Below, one piece after another: positions 18,446 through 29,805 of a stretch of DNA of 64,000 nucleotides. The notes under the pieces were generated by a model, which saw only the letters and a program-made list of their open reading frames with translations, searched no databases and was not told the origin of the DNA. The DNA is from Actinomycetota bacterium. GTDB taxonomy: Bacteria; Actinomycetota; Actinomycetes; S36-B12; GCA-2699445. Location of the stretch: assembly GCA_029978705.1 (NCBI GenBank), contig JAPOIY010000013.1, positions 455-64,454 of the forward strand, read 5' to 3'. The translations under genes and the position numbers were made by a program. Positions within the stretch are counted from its first letter, which is position 1; the number at the start of each line of letters is the position of its first letter.

Positions 18446-19984
18446 TCAGACCGGCTGCGGCAGGCGGGTCCGGGACAGCAGGAAGAGGGCCAGGAGGCAG
18501 AGAGCCGCACCCAGCAGCCCGTTGATGTGCAGCCCGCGGGCGATCGTCTCCGCCAACACGGAACTGACGTCGGTTCCGTCCGGCAGTGGGACGGCGTACT
18601 GCGACAGTACGTTCGGCGAACTGGTTTGGGCCTGGACCTGACTCATCTGCTGCTGGGCCTGTTCCTGGGTCAGACCGTTCGCCTCGAACGCGTCCTGCAT
18701 CGTCCACTGGGCCAGCCCGAACACCGCCGAGTTCATCACGACGACTGCCAGGGCGCCGCCGACGGCGATGCCGGACCCCCGGTAGGCGGACAGCAGTCCT
18801 GAGCCGGTCGCGGGGTCGGACTGCATGAGTCCGTTGGTGATGGTGATCGACGCGGCCACGGCCAGCATGTTGAACACGGCCACGTAGAGGATTGGCACCC
18901 ACAGGGGGGACGTGGGGGTGACGGCGAGCGAGACGAGCAGAGACGCCGCCAGCGCGATGAACAGGATCTGACCGGCGCGCACCGGTCCCCACCTGGCCAT
19001 GAGCGGGGCGGCGAACAGGCGGGACCCGAGCACGGCGGCGGCCTGCGCCGGTACCAGGGCCAGGGCGGTCTGCAGCACCGTCAGCCCGTACAGGTACTGG
19101 AAGGCCATGGTCATCAAGAACAGCGTGTTGATCAGGGGAATGATCACCACGATGGTCAGGAGGGCGCGGGTCGCTCCCTGCGACAACGGTTGCAGGGAGA
19201 ACGAGGCCTCAGGCCGGCGGCGGAGAAGCAGTACGGTGCCGACCCCGGCGGCAAGCGCGGCCGCAGCGGCACCCAGCGTGCCGACGGATACCAGCCCGTC
19301 ATCGTCGATCCGGGTGAGCGTCTGAACGGCCGCGGCCAGCGCCACGCCCGCCAGGACCGCGGTCAGGAACTCGCCGACCGGAAGGATCCGCTGCGCCGGA
19401 GGCAGCAGGAGCCCCGCGGCGAGCAGGATCACCAGCCCCGCCAATACCCACACGAGTGGTACCCAGCGCCACGAGAAGTCCACCAGCAATCCGGCCAGGA
19501 CCGGGAAGACGAGCCAGACCGTCGGTCCCACCATCCCGTAGGTACCGAACGCGGCTGCCCGGGCGGTGGGGGCCGTAAAGCGATCCGACAAGAGACTGAG
19601 GACGATGATCTGGATGGCGGTGGCCCCCATGCTCTCCACCAGGAGCCCCACGACCACGGTGTTGATTCCCGGCGCCACCGCCACGAGAACGGAGCCGAGG
19701 GCGACCGCCGCGCTCATCCAGGCGATCACCCGCCGGTGTCCGAGGCGTTCGCCGAACTGCCCGGCGACGAACACCACCAGGAGCGACGCCACGAAGGGGA
19801 TGGCCAGAGCGACACTCTCCGCCGCCTGGCTGAATCCCAGTTCCTCCCGCATCGGGGTGAGGATGTAGTTCAGCGTCGCGCCCTGCACCAGCGAGCCGCC
19901 GAGCACCAGGCAGATGCCCAGCAGGAGGCGGCCACTGCCGGCCTGGGCAGGGCTATCGACCGATGCGGCTCCAGAGGTATTCAC
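18446..19984 (-). CDS. MFS transporter (14-TMS type)
   Basis: 512 aa and highly hydrophobic. Paralog of the truncated MFS at 1-1394. Its start lies 19 nt after the stop of the upstream beta-helix gene on the same strand. Confidence 0.85.
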   Translation of the reverse strand: MNTSGAASVDSPAQAGSGRLLLGICLVLGGSLVQGATLNYILTPMREELGFSQAAESVALAIPFVASLLVVFVAGQFGERLGHRRVIAWMSAAVALGSVLVAVAPGINTVVVGLLVESMGATAIQIIVLSLLSDRFTAPTARAAAFGTYGMVGPTVWLVFPVLAGLLVDFSWRWVPLVWVLAGLVILLAAGLLLPPAQRILPVGEFLTAVLAGVALAAAVQTLTRIDDDGLVSVGTLGAAAAALAAGVGTVLLLRRRPEASFSLQPLSQGATRALLTIVVIIPLINTLFLMTMAFQYLYGLTVLQTALALVPAQAAAVLGSRLFAAPLMARWGPVRAGQILFIALAASLLVSLAVTPTSPLWVPILYVAVFNMLAVAASITITNGLMQSDPATGSGLLSAYRGSGIAVGGALAVVVMNSAVFGLAQWTMQDAFEANGLTQEQAQQQMSQVQAQTSSPNVLSQYAVPLPDGTDVSSVLAETIARGLHINGLLGAALCLLALFLLSRTRLPQPV

Positions 19985-20002
19985 AGACTCCGCGCACCTA
20001 GG

Positions 20003-22006
20003 TCAGCCGCGCCCGGAGATTCCACCGGGCCGATCCCCGTCGCGGTGGGAGGGGCTGCAGTAGTAGTTGCCGCGTACGAGGTTGGATCCCCGGTTGATGA
20101 CGTTGCGGCCCCGGTTGACCAGGCAGCGCCCGTGACGCCCCAGGCCGATGTAGGTGCCGAGGACCTCGTTGTGGTGGGTACTCCGGGTGAGCCGGACGCC
20201 GGGGCCGTCGTTCCCGCTGACCAGTTTGTTGATCGTGACCCCGCCTTCGTATCCGATACGGTTGTGGTGGGCATCGCCGTCGATCAGGACGCCACCCTGG
20301 GCGTTGCCGACCCGCTTCACCGGGGCCGTGTCGTCGCCTTTGATGTTGGAGCCGATGAAGGTGTTGAACACCTTGTTGTGGTGGGCGTCGCCTTCGATCA
20401 CCAAGCCATAGTCGTCGTTCCCGGAGAGGGTGTTCTGCCGGATGACGGACTGCTTCTGCTTTCGGCCGCCGATCCTGTTGTGATGCGCTCTTCCGGTGAT
20501 GAACAGGCCGGAGCCGCCGTTCGCCAGCACTCCGGTACCGCGGGTGTTGAGACCGACGATGTTGGGGTCGATCGTCACACCCGTAGCCCGCCCCGCCAGC
20601 TCGATGCCGTTGCCCGAGTTGCCGGACATCACGTTGGTGCGTACCAGCTGGTCACCACCGGTGGCAGTGATCAGCAGGCCGTTCTCCCCGTTGGGGGCTG
20701 CTCCCTTGAAGGCCAGGAGGCCGCCGAAGGTGTTGAACGTCGTGAAACTGCGGGCCCTGCCGGTCACCGCGATGCCGTTGCGGCCGTTGCCGGCGGCGAC
20801 GTTGCCGAGGGGGATCACACCGCCCACCTGTGTGTGGGTGGAGGTGCCGTTGACCAGGATGCCGTTGCGGCGGTTGCCGAGGACAGTCGTGTTGTCGGCG
20901 CCGACTCCGAAGAAGTTGGCCTGAACCTTGGTGTGGTCGGAGTCGTGGATGGCCAGGCCGTTGCGTCCGTTGCCGCTGAGCACGTTGTAGTAGACGAAGG
21001 GATTGTTCGTGAACCGGCAGCCGCGCAGGACGTTGTGGTCGGACGCGGCGACCCGAACCCCGTTGCCGCCGTTGCCGATCGCGGCGTCGCCAGTTGCGGT
21101 GGTACCGACGAAGTTGCCACTCAGTTGGTTCTTCGCCGACCCGGCAGCGAGGCGGACGCCGTCGCCCTCGTTGCCCGAGATGAGGTTGCCCAGCGGTGGG
21201 ATCACGAAGACGGGGGGAACGGTTCCCTCCTCGCCGGTGGGGTCGTTGGTCTCTCCGGTGGCACCGTCGGTGTAGGCGGTGCCACCGATGAGATTGAGGC
21301 GCGACGACTCCAGGGTGATGCCGTCACCGCCGTTGGGGATCGCGGTCAGTCCGCGCGGGTCCGTCCCGATCCGGTTGGCCTGAATGATGTTCCGGGCTGC
21401 CTCCGTCACCCGGATGCCACTGCCCCCGTTGCCGCTGATCACGTTGCTCACGGCGCCCGACACCGTGTCGAGGTTCTCGCCGATCGTCGTGCCGACCGCC
21501 TCGCGGGCCACCGCCACTCCGTCGCCGGCGTTCCCCGAGACTCTGCCGTCCGGGGCCAGCCCGATGTAGTTGTCGGTCAGGATGACGTCTGGTGCGCGCA
21601 CCGTTATGCCGGCGTCGGACGCGCCGGTGAACGAGAGCCCGGACACCGTGGATCCGGTAGCGGACGCGGCGAGCTCCAGGCCGGCGTGTCCTTGGTAGTC
21701 GACCTGGACGACGGGCGATTCCCGGTAGCCGGGCGCGGACGCCCCGTTGATGATGGTGCGGTGCTGGAGGGCGGGCAGCGCGCTGGCCAGCGCGATCCGG
21801 CCGTTGACGCCGAAGCTGATGGTCGTTTCGGCGGTGGCGGCGTTCGCGCTCTCGATCGCGGCCCGCAGGGATCCGGGTCCGGCATCCGCCAGCGTCGTGA
21901 CGGCGACATCGGCGCGGGCCGGAGACGCGGGGAGGGCAGCGACGCCGGCGGCGACAAGAGCCACGCCCGCAGCAGCGGCGGTGGGACGCACGAGGGGACG
22001 CTTCAT
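20003..22006 (-). CDS. Secreted right-handed parallel beta-helix repeat protein
   Basis: Signal peptide. N-terminal VTTLADAGPGSLRAAIESANA motif, typical of the start of pectate-lyase-fold / NosD-like repeat proteins. More than 20 imperfect ~22-aa repeats (..N.I.GN.G.GI.....N.I..N.IG..). Confidence 0.8.
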   Translation of the reverse strand: MKRPLVRPTAAAAGVALVAAGVAALPASPARADVAVTTLADAGPGSLRAAIESANAATAETTISFGVNGRIALASALPALQHRTIINGASAPGYRESPVVQVDYQGHAGLELAASATGSTVSGLSFTGASDAGITVRAPDVILTDNYIGLAPDGRVSGNAGDGVAVAREAVGTTIGENLDTVSGAVSNVISGNGGSGIRVTEAARNIIQANRIGTDPRGLTAIPNGGDGITLESSRLNLIGGTAYTDGATGETNDPTGEEGTVPPVFVIPPLGNLISGNEGDGVRLAAGSAKNQLSGNFVGTTATGDAAIGNGGNGVRVAASDHNVLRGCRFTNNPFVYYNVLSGNGRNGLAIHDSDHTKVQANFFGVGADNTTVLGNRRNGILVNGTSTHTQVGGVIPLGNVAAGNGRNGIAVTGRARSFTTFNTFGGLLAFKGAAPNGENGLLITATGGDQLVRTNVMSGNSGNGIELAGRATGVTIDPNIVGLNTRGTGVLANGGSGLFITGRAHHNRIGGRKQKQSVIRQNTLSGNDDYGLVIEGDAHHNKVFNTFIGSNIKGDDTAPVKRVGNAQGGVLIDGDAHHNRIGYEGGVTINKLVSGNDGPGVRLTRSTHHNEVLGTYIGLGRHGRCLVNRGRNVINRGSNLVRGNYYCSPSHRDGDRPGGISGRG

Positions 22007-22149
22007 CGGTTCTCCAGGGGGTGCCGGGATGCATCGACCCTACCTGTCTGCCGTCGAACCGTGACGGTGCCGCCATCTCCCGACGCCGCCCAGGCCCGGA
22101 TCCCGACGTGCAACTCACCCGCCGCAGCCGGTGGTGGCACCATGAAGGG

Positions 22150-23280
22150 GTGGCACGCTGGCAGCAGACTCTGACGGCCCGCTCTCTCGGTGCGGTGGTC
22201 GCGCTCGCTGTCCTGGCGCCGCTCGGCGGGACCGGTGCGCAGGCGGCCGACGTCGCCGCAGCGTTGGTGCCCACGCAGTCGTGCCCGCCCACCGCGGTGT
22301 CGCCACAAGTGACTCCCCGGGCCCAGTACGTGTCGGACCGGCTGCGCTCCGCCGGGTACTCGGCGGCGGCCACAGCGGGTGTACTGGGCAATCTCGATTA
22401 CCTGAGTGCGCTGACCCCGACAGCGCAGAGCGCGTCGGGCGAGCGGGTCGGCCTTGCCCTGTGGGGACCCACCCGCTGGCAGCGGTATGTGCGCCAGGTG
22501 AGCCGGCGCGGAGTGAACCGCTGGTTCCTCAGCGAGCAGACCTCCTTCCTGCTGCGGGAGATGTCGGCCGATCCCGGGCAGTTCCGGCACCGCCGCCTGC
22601 AGCACATGGCCGGGCCGATGGCGGCGGCCGTTTACTTCCACAACACCTTCGTACGGACGGGCGCCTCCGACGCGACGGTGCGCGCGACCCGAGGTGCCAA
22701 GGCGGCAGGTTGGGCCGACCTCTTGGCAGGACGCCCGGTGGACCGCCGTCCCCGCGACAATGACACCTACGGCCTGTATCTGACCTGTGAGCCGGCCACT
22801 GGGACGGTCGAACGCTGCCCGACGGTCCCCGGGTCCTTCCGCGCCTCCTTCCGGCACCACACCGGTTTCCGCTGGCGCCGTATCAGTGCCGCGTCCCAAC
22901 AGGTCTCACGCTGCGTCTACGCCAACTTCCCGCGGATCCGGCTGCACGGGACCTACCGTCCCGGCCACATGCCCACGTGGGGCCGGGCGCTGGACTTCAT
23001 GATGCCCGCGGGCTGTGTGACCGGTCGGACCCGGTCCTACACCCGCAGCGGCGCCGACCTGGCGCTGGGCAGCAGATTGGCGCAGTACCTGCTGCGCCGC
23101 GGTGACCGTTTCGGGTTGGACTACGTGATCTGGCAGGACCGCATCCGCAATCCCCACTCCGAACACCTGGAAGACCCGTTCGCCCCGATCGACACGTGGC
23201 GCGTCGACCGGCACAACAACGGGGACTGCACCAACACGCACTTCGACCACGTGCACATGAGCGTGACGATGGGCGCCTGA
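22150..23280 (+). CDS. Secreted two-domain putative peptidoglycan hydrolase (paralog 1)
   Basis: Signal peptide. N-terminal block LRSAGYSAAATAGVLGNLDYLSAL...GLALWGPTRWQRY resembles the phage-tail-lysozyme-like domain. C-terminal block GHMPTWGRALDFMMP...GDRFGLDYVIWQDRIRNP...GDCTNTHFDHVHMSV has H..D plus HxH spacing reminiscent of LAS-type zinc peptidases (inference). Start (GTG 22150) is uncertain. Confidence 0.7.
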   Translation: MARWQQTLTARSLGAVVALAVLAPLGGTGAQAADVAAALVPTQSCPPTAVSPQVTPRAQYVSDRLRSAGYSAAATAGVLGNLDYLSALTPTAQSASGERVGLALWGPTRWQRYVRQVSRRGVNRWFLSEQTSFLLREMSADPGQFRHRRLQHMAGPMAAAVYFHNTFVRTGASDATVRATRGAKAAGWADLLAGRPVDRRPRDNDTYGLYLTCEPATGTVERCPTVPGSFRASFRHHTGFRWRRISAASQQVSRCVYANFPRIRLHGTYRPGHMPTWGRALDFMMPAGCVTGRTRSYTRSGADLALGSRLAQYLLRRGDRFGLDYVIWQDRIRNPHSEHLEDPFAPIDTWRVDRHNNGDCTNTHFDHVHMSVTMGA

Positions 23281-23299
23281 CCGGCGGCCCGGTCCGCGA

Positions 23300-24268
23300 C
23301 TACGGGCCAGCCGGCCGCACCTGGTCCGCGGGGACCGGGATCGTGCTCTGCGCCTTGGCGCCCCCGTCGCCCGTGGGCGGCTGCAGGGCAGAGAACGAGA
23401 CCCATTCCTTCCACGGGTAGTTCCAGTACGAGCCAGGGGTACCCAGATTCTTGGGGAGCTGCCGCCCGGTCCCGGTGGTGACCACGGGGTCGCCGGCCTG
23501 CACCCGCTGGTACAGCCACTTGGCGTCGCGGATGAACATGTTGGTGCACCCGTGCGAGCCGTTCCACTTGCCGATCCGGTGTTTCGCCCACGGAGCGCCG
23601 TGGATGAACTCGCCGTTCGGGGTCAAGCGGATCGAGTAGGGGGCCACGACGTCCCAGGTCTCGTTGCGCTGGGGGAAGTTGCCCACCATGCGCAGCTTCT
23701 TGTACTTCTCGCCGGTCAGGATCTTGGTCCCGGAGTAGGTCTCCCACCCGCTCATGCCCAACGAGACCGGGAGGGCGCGCACGGTGCGGCCATCCTTCTC
23801 CACGAGTAGGTGGTGCGATTCGTCCCTGATGCGCATGATGAACGATCGTGACGTCTGCAGCACGAACGTGCGGTCGGCGGCGCGGGCGCCCACCAGGGTG
23901 GCGCTGGGGGTCTCCCCGAGGGGGACCCCGGCCAGGTCGACCGTGAACGTGATGTCCGTGTTTCCCGGCCAGAATGCCCGCGGACGGTAGACGACGGTGT
24001 GGTCGTCCATCCAGCCCCATGACCCGTCCGGGATCTCGGAGTCGCTCGCCACCGACAGGCCGCGCTCCGCCGCGGCGCGATCGGCGATGTCCTGGGAGAA
24101 CTTGACCGTGACCAACTGCCCGACGCCGTACTCGTCGCTGGGGTCGAGGGTGAAGCGCACACTGACGGGCTCCACGCGGGGCGTGGGATCCGCGGCTCGG
24201 GCCGGCGCTGCAGCACCGAGGCCGGCCAGGACGACGGCGGCAGCGATCGCGCAGTGCTGCACTCGCAT
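23300..24268 (-). CDS. L,D-transpeptidase (YkuD domain), secreted
   Basis: ORF 23300-24406 trimmed to ATG 24268 (MRVQHCAIAAAVVLAG.. signal peptide). Catalytic motif HGAPW...GSHGCTNM. Confidence 0.9.
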   Translation of the reverse strand: MRVQHCAIAAAVVLAGLGAAAPARAADPTPRVEPVSVRFTLDPSDEYGVGQLVTVKFSQDIADRAAAERGLSVASDSEIPDGSWGWMDDHTVVYRPRAFWPGNTDITFTVDLAGVPLGETPSATLVGARAADRTFVLQTSRSFIMRIRDESHHLLVEKDGRTVRALPVSLGMSGWETYSGTKILTGEKYKKLRMVGNFPQRNETWDVVAPYSIRLTPNGEFIHGAPWAKHRIGKWNGSHGCTNMFIRDAKWLYQRVQAGDPVVTTGTGRQLPKNLGTPGSYWNYPWKEWVSFSALQPPTGDGGAKAQSTIPVPADQVRPAGP

Positions 24269-24383
24269 CGTGTCTCCCAGTGTCGCGCCTCGGCCGCTGG
24301 TGATCGGCTGACTCCCAGTATGACTCTCTTCCCCGACTTGTGCCGAATCACACCTGCCGCCAGAGTGGAATTCGGAGGTTCGC

Positions 24384-24614
24384 ATGTCCCTGACGATGTA
24401 CACCACCCCGTGGTGCGGGTACTGCGTCCGCCTGAAGCATCAGTTGGACCGGGCCGGGATCGCCTACGACGAGGTCGACATCGAGCAGCACCCCGAGGCG
24501 GTCGAGGTGGTGGAACGCGTCAATGGCGGCAATCAGACGGTGCCGACGGTCGTGCTGCCGGATGGCACGGCGCTGACGAACCCGTCGCTGCGCGACATCC
24601 AGTCCCACCTCTGA
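24384..24614 (+). CDS. mrx1: Mycoredoxin (glutaredoxin-like, mycothiol-dependent)
   Basis: MSLTMYTTPWCGYCVRLK...AYDEVDIE...VNGGNQTVPTVVLPDGTALTNPS is near-colinear with my recollection of M. tuberculosis Mrx1 (TTSWCGYC...NGGNRTVPTV). Confidence 0.92.
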   Translation: MSLTMYTTPWCGYCVRLKHQLDRAGIAYDEVDIEQHPEAVEVVERVNGGNQTVPTVVLPDGTALTNPSLRDIQSHL

Positions 24615-24669
24615 GGCGCGGACGCAAACATCCCGGCAGCCGCGGGACTGCGGCCACCGGGACGTTCGG

Positions 24670-25869
24670 TCACCAGGGCTTGCCGTCGGGGTTCAAAGCG
24701 GGCTTCGGCGTCGTCGACGCGGCCCATCCGTCGCCCTTGTAGACGCTGGCGTGCAGATGGTCGAAGTGCGTGTTGACGCAGTCGCCGTTGTTGTAGTTGT
24801 CCCGGCGCCAGTTGCTCACCTGCCGCCACTGGTTCTCGTCCGGGTGCTCGTCGGGGTTGCGAATGTGGTCCTGGAAGATCATGTAGTCCAGCCCGAACCG
24901 GTCGCCGTTGGTGATCAGGTAGCGCGCCAGCCGCTTGCCGACCAGTAGGTCCGTCTTGCTGCGGGTCACGGCATGCCCGTTGCGGTAGGTGCAGCCGTAC
25001 GGCATGAAGAAGTCAATCGCCTGCGACCAGACGGGCATGTGCCCGGCGTAGGTCCCCTGGGACTGGATGTAGGGGAAGTTCGCGTAGACGCAGCGCGACA
25101 TCATCTCCGCGTTGGAGTCCAGGTTGGTCCAGGTGTAGCCGGTGAACGACTTGAAGGAGGACTGGTAGGCCTGCGGCATGTCGGGGCAACGGTCCAGGAC
25201 GGCGCCACTGGCGGGCAGGCAGGGCACCCGGATGCCGTTGGTCAGGGCCGGGTCCATCTCCGTCAGCGCGGTCCCCGCCAGTTGGCTGAGCCAGGAACGG
25301 GCCCGGGACGCCATGTCGCCCAGGGCGGCAGGATCGGCGGGCGCGGGGAAGAACGACTGCCGGAAGGTCGCGGACGCCGCGGCCGGGTCGGTGGCGGTCG
25401 CGAAGGCGGTGCTGTCGAAAGACTCGGGGTTGGCCGCCATCTCCTCGATCAGCCACTCGACCTGCCGCTTGGGGCTCCAGCGGTTGTAGCCGTACTCGTC
25501 GGCCCACGAGTTGTAGGACTGCCAGCGGTCGGTGGGCCACTGGGCGATGCCGTAGCCGCTCCAGTCCTCCGAGATCGCCATCGGCGCGAGGGCGGAGCGG
25601 TAGTCGAGCACGCCGATCACGCCGGCGGTGGCTTCGGGGGAGTACCCGGCGGAGCGCAGTTCGATCCACAGGTAGCGGGCTCGTGGCGAGGCGCCCGGGG
25701 TGATGCTGGCCGCGTCGCAGGACCCGGCGACGCCGTCACCCGGCTTCTTGCGTTTCGCGGGGGCTGCTGCGCTGTCCGGGGTCGCCACGGCTGCGGAAGC
25801 TGCGACAGAGCCGGTGAGAAGGAGTGCTGCTGCGGTGGCGACGGCGGCCACGAATCGAAATCTGCTCAC
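24670..25869 (-). CDS. Secreted two-domain putative peptidoglycan hydrolase (paralog 2)
   Basis: Same architecture and conserved blocks as 22150-23280: LRSAGYSPEATAGVIGVLDYRSAL, RCVYANFP, GHMPVWSQAIDFFMP, GDRFGLDYMIFQDHIRNP, GDCVNTHFDHLHASV. Signal peptide. Confidence 0.7.
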   Translation of the reverse strand: MSRFRFVAAVATAAALLLTGSVAASAAVATPDSAAAPAKRKKPGDGVAGSCDAASITPGASPRARYLWIELRSAGYSPEATAGVIGVLDYRSALAPMAISEDWSGYGIAQWPTDRWQSYNSWADEYGYNRWSPKRQVEWLIEEMAANPESFDSTAFATATDPAAASATFRQSFFPAPADPAALGDMASRARSWLSQLAGTALTEMDPALTNGIRVPCLPASGAVLDRCPDMPQAYQSSFKSFTGYTWTNLDSNAEMMSRCVYANFPYIQSQGTYAGHMPVWSQAIDFFMPYGCTYRNGHAVTRSKTDLLVGKRLARYLITNGDRFGLDYMIFQDHIRNPDEHPDENQWRQVSNWRRDNYNNGDCVNTHFDHLHASVYKGDGWAASTTPKPALNPDGKPW

Positions 25870-26020
25870 CGGCCGAACCGTAACAACAGGGCAACGGGTG
25901 GTTTGGCCAGGTCACGCGTGGTTGTGAGGCACCCGTCCCCAGATTGGGCGCAATGCGACCGGGATCATCCGAATTGCGGACAGTTCATCGGAAGGAGGCC
26001 TCAGCCATGTCGCGCCCGTG

Positions 26021-28063
<2,043 letters not shown>

Positions 28064-28273
28064 CTATGCCGCCCGCGTCGCGGGGTGGCAGGGGCATCGC
28101 GAGGCGAAGCCCAGGGCTGGCCCCGGCGTCTTCCGGGTCGTCTCGCTTCCCCGCTCCGGCTGCGGGACGATAATGTCCGAGCGGCATGAGCGTCCGCGCT
28201 CGTGCCGGCAGACGTAACGAAGAGTCGGTCGTCCGATGTGGCACAGTCGGGCGGCGCAGACCGGCCAGATCGG

Positions 28274-29758
28274 ATGACGGTGATAAGCAGTGCGCGGCAG
28301 GGCGGAGACGGCCTCTCGTCGCGCCCGGCCACCGAGGTCGCGGTCACCGCTGTCACCGACGTCATCGACGCTTTCCCCGACCCGTTCGTCGTGCTCGCCG
28401 TCGAGCGGGACTGCGCGGGGCGGGTCGTCGACTTCGTCGTGTCGAGCGTGAACAGCGCCGCCAGTTCATTCCTCGACCGGCCCCCACGCGAACTGCTGGG
28501 GGCCTCGGTGCGCACCCTCATCCCGTCCTACGGCCGCGATGGTCACGTCTCGTTGCTCGAGGCCGTGCTGGAGAGCGGTGAACCCCTCACGATCGACGAC
28601 TATCCGGTGCGCAGCGACACGGAGCCGCTCACGCTCAACCGTCTGGATCTGCGGATCGTGCGGTGGCGGGACGGCCTGGTCCTCACCTGGCGGGACGTGA
28701 CGCGGCGTTTCGAGGTCGCGGACGGCCTACGACGCAGCGAGGAGCGGCTTCGCCTGGCCATGGACCGCACCCCGATCGGACTTGCGGTACTGGATCTCGA
28801 CGGGTCGATCCTGGAAGCCAACGCGGAACTGTGTCGCCTCCTGGAACGCGATCACGTCTGGCTGTCGTCGCGCCGGATCGAAGACGTGCTGGCGCCGGGC
28901 GAGTTCGCCCAGTTCCGCAGGATGTGTCAGAGCCTCGTCGGCGGACGCTCCCACTCCGAGGAGGTGGAGCAACGCTTCGTGACGGGAGCCGGGGAACCGC
29001 TCACCCTCTTCCACACCGTCGCCCTGGTCCGCGACAGTGACGGTCGCCCGGTGTCCTATGTGGCGCAGTTCGCCCGCCTGGGCAAGGCCCCCCTCGCGGA
29101 AGCCGCCGTCCCCCAGAACACCCCCGCCGACCTGCGCACCACCGTCCTGGTCGTGAGCCACCTCATGGGGCCGCTGCCCGCCCTGGCCTTCACCACGCTC
29201 CTGCGGGCCCGGGCCGACCTGGCCGTACTGCCCGCGGCGGGTCGCGCCGAACTGGTCGAGCGCCTCGTGCACGACGCCCCGGACGTGGTGGTCCTCATGG
29301 TGGCGCCGGGACAGTCGGGTTCGCACGAGCTCAACGAACTGTTGGAGCTCATCGACCGGGTCACCCCCGACTGCGGCGTCGTCGTGGTGTCCCCCAACAA
29401 CCAGCGGCTGATCCAGCGGGAGCTGTCGGAGCGGGGCGGTTCTGCCGCTTTCGTGTCGGTCGCCTCGGTACGGGACGATGAGGCGCTCGCCCGCACGGTG
29501 CAGTCCGTCGCCGACGGGATGAGCCTGGATGGCGCCCATGGCACGACCGACTTCGCGGAGCTCACCGAGAGGGAGTTCGAGGTGCTGCAACTCATGGCCG
29601 AAGGGCTGGACAACGGAGCCATCGCCGAGGCGCTGTTCGTGACAGTCAAGTCCGTGGAGAGCCATGTCAGCGCGATCTTCCGGAAGTTGGGGCTGAACGA
29701 CAGCATCGGCACCAGCAAGAGACTGAAGGCCGTACTGGAGTACCTCAGCGCCCAGTAG
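28274..29758 (+). CDS. PAS-PAS / receiver-like / LuxR-type HTH transcriptional regulator
   Basis: C-terminal LTEREFEVLQLMAEGLDNGAIAEALFVTVKSVESHVSAIFRKLGL is a LuxR/GerE HTH. Two PAS-like segments lie upstream, and there is a central REC-like segment lacking the acidic pocket. Start is ambiguous (ATG 28274 or GTG 28202). Confidence 0.8.
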   Translation: MTVISSARQGGDGLSSRPATEVAVTAVTDVIDAFPDPFVVLAVERDCAGRVVDFVVSSVNSAASSFLDRPPRELLGASVRTLIPSYGRDGHVSLLEAVLESGEPLTIDDYPVRSDTEPLTLNRLDLRIVRWRDGLVLTWRDVTRRFEVADGLRRSEERLRLAMDRTPIGLAVLDLDGSILEANAELCRLLERDHVWLSSRRIEDVLAPGEFAQFRRMCQSLVGGRSHSEEVEQRFVTGAGEPLTLFHTVALVRDSDGRPVSYVAQFARLGKAPLAEAAVPQNTPADLRTTVLVVSHLMGPLPALAFTTLLRARADLAVLPAAGRAELVERLVHDAPDVVVLMVAPGQSGSHELNELLELIDRVTPDCGVVVVSPNNQRLIQRELSERGGSAAFVSVASVRDDEALARTVQSVADGMSLDGAHGTTDFAELTEREFEVLQLMAEGLDNGAIAEALFVTVKSVESHVSAIFRKLGLNDSIGTSKRLKAVLEYLSAQ

Positions 29759-29805
29759 CGGCTCACGCCGTTGCGGTGCTGCCGCAGCGACGGCATGCTG
29801 CCGGG

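Noticed and set aside
18345-18992. N-terminal extensions of minus-strand ORFs 16983-18992, 38593-40206 and 56251-58398
   Set aside because: The extensions are Arg/Pro/Gly-rich, overlap neighbouring genes or intergenic DNA, and lack ribosome-binding sites. Internal starts give proper TM, lipoprotein or cytoplasmic-tail N-termini that match the family architectures.
19190-22174. 994-aa ORF on the + strand spanning the MFS and beta-helix loci
   Set aside because: It is antisense to two well-supported minus-strand genes and crosses their intergenic gap. The product is Arg/Gly/Asp/His-rich low-complexity sequence with no motifs. This is a typical shadow ORF in high-GC DNA.
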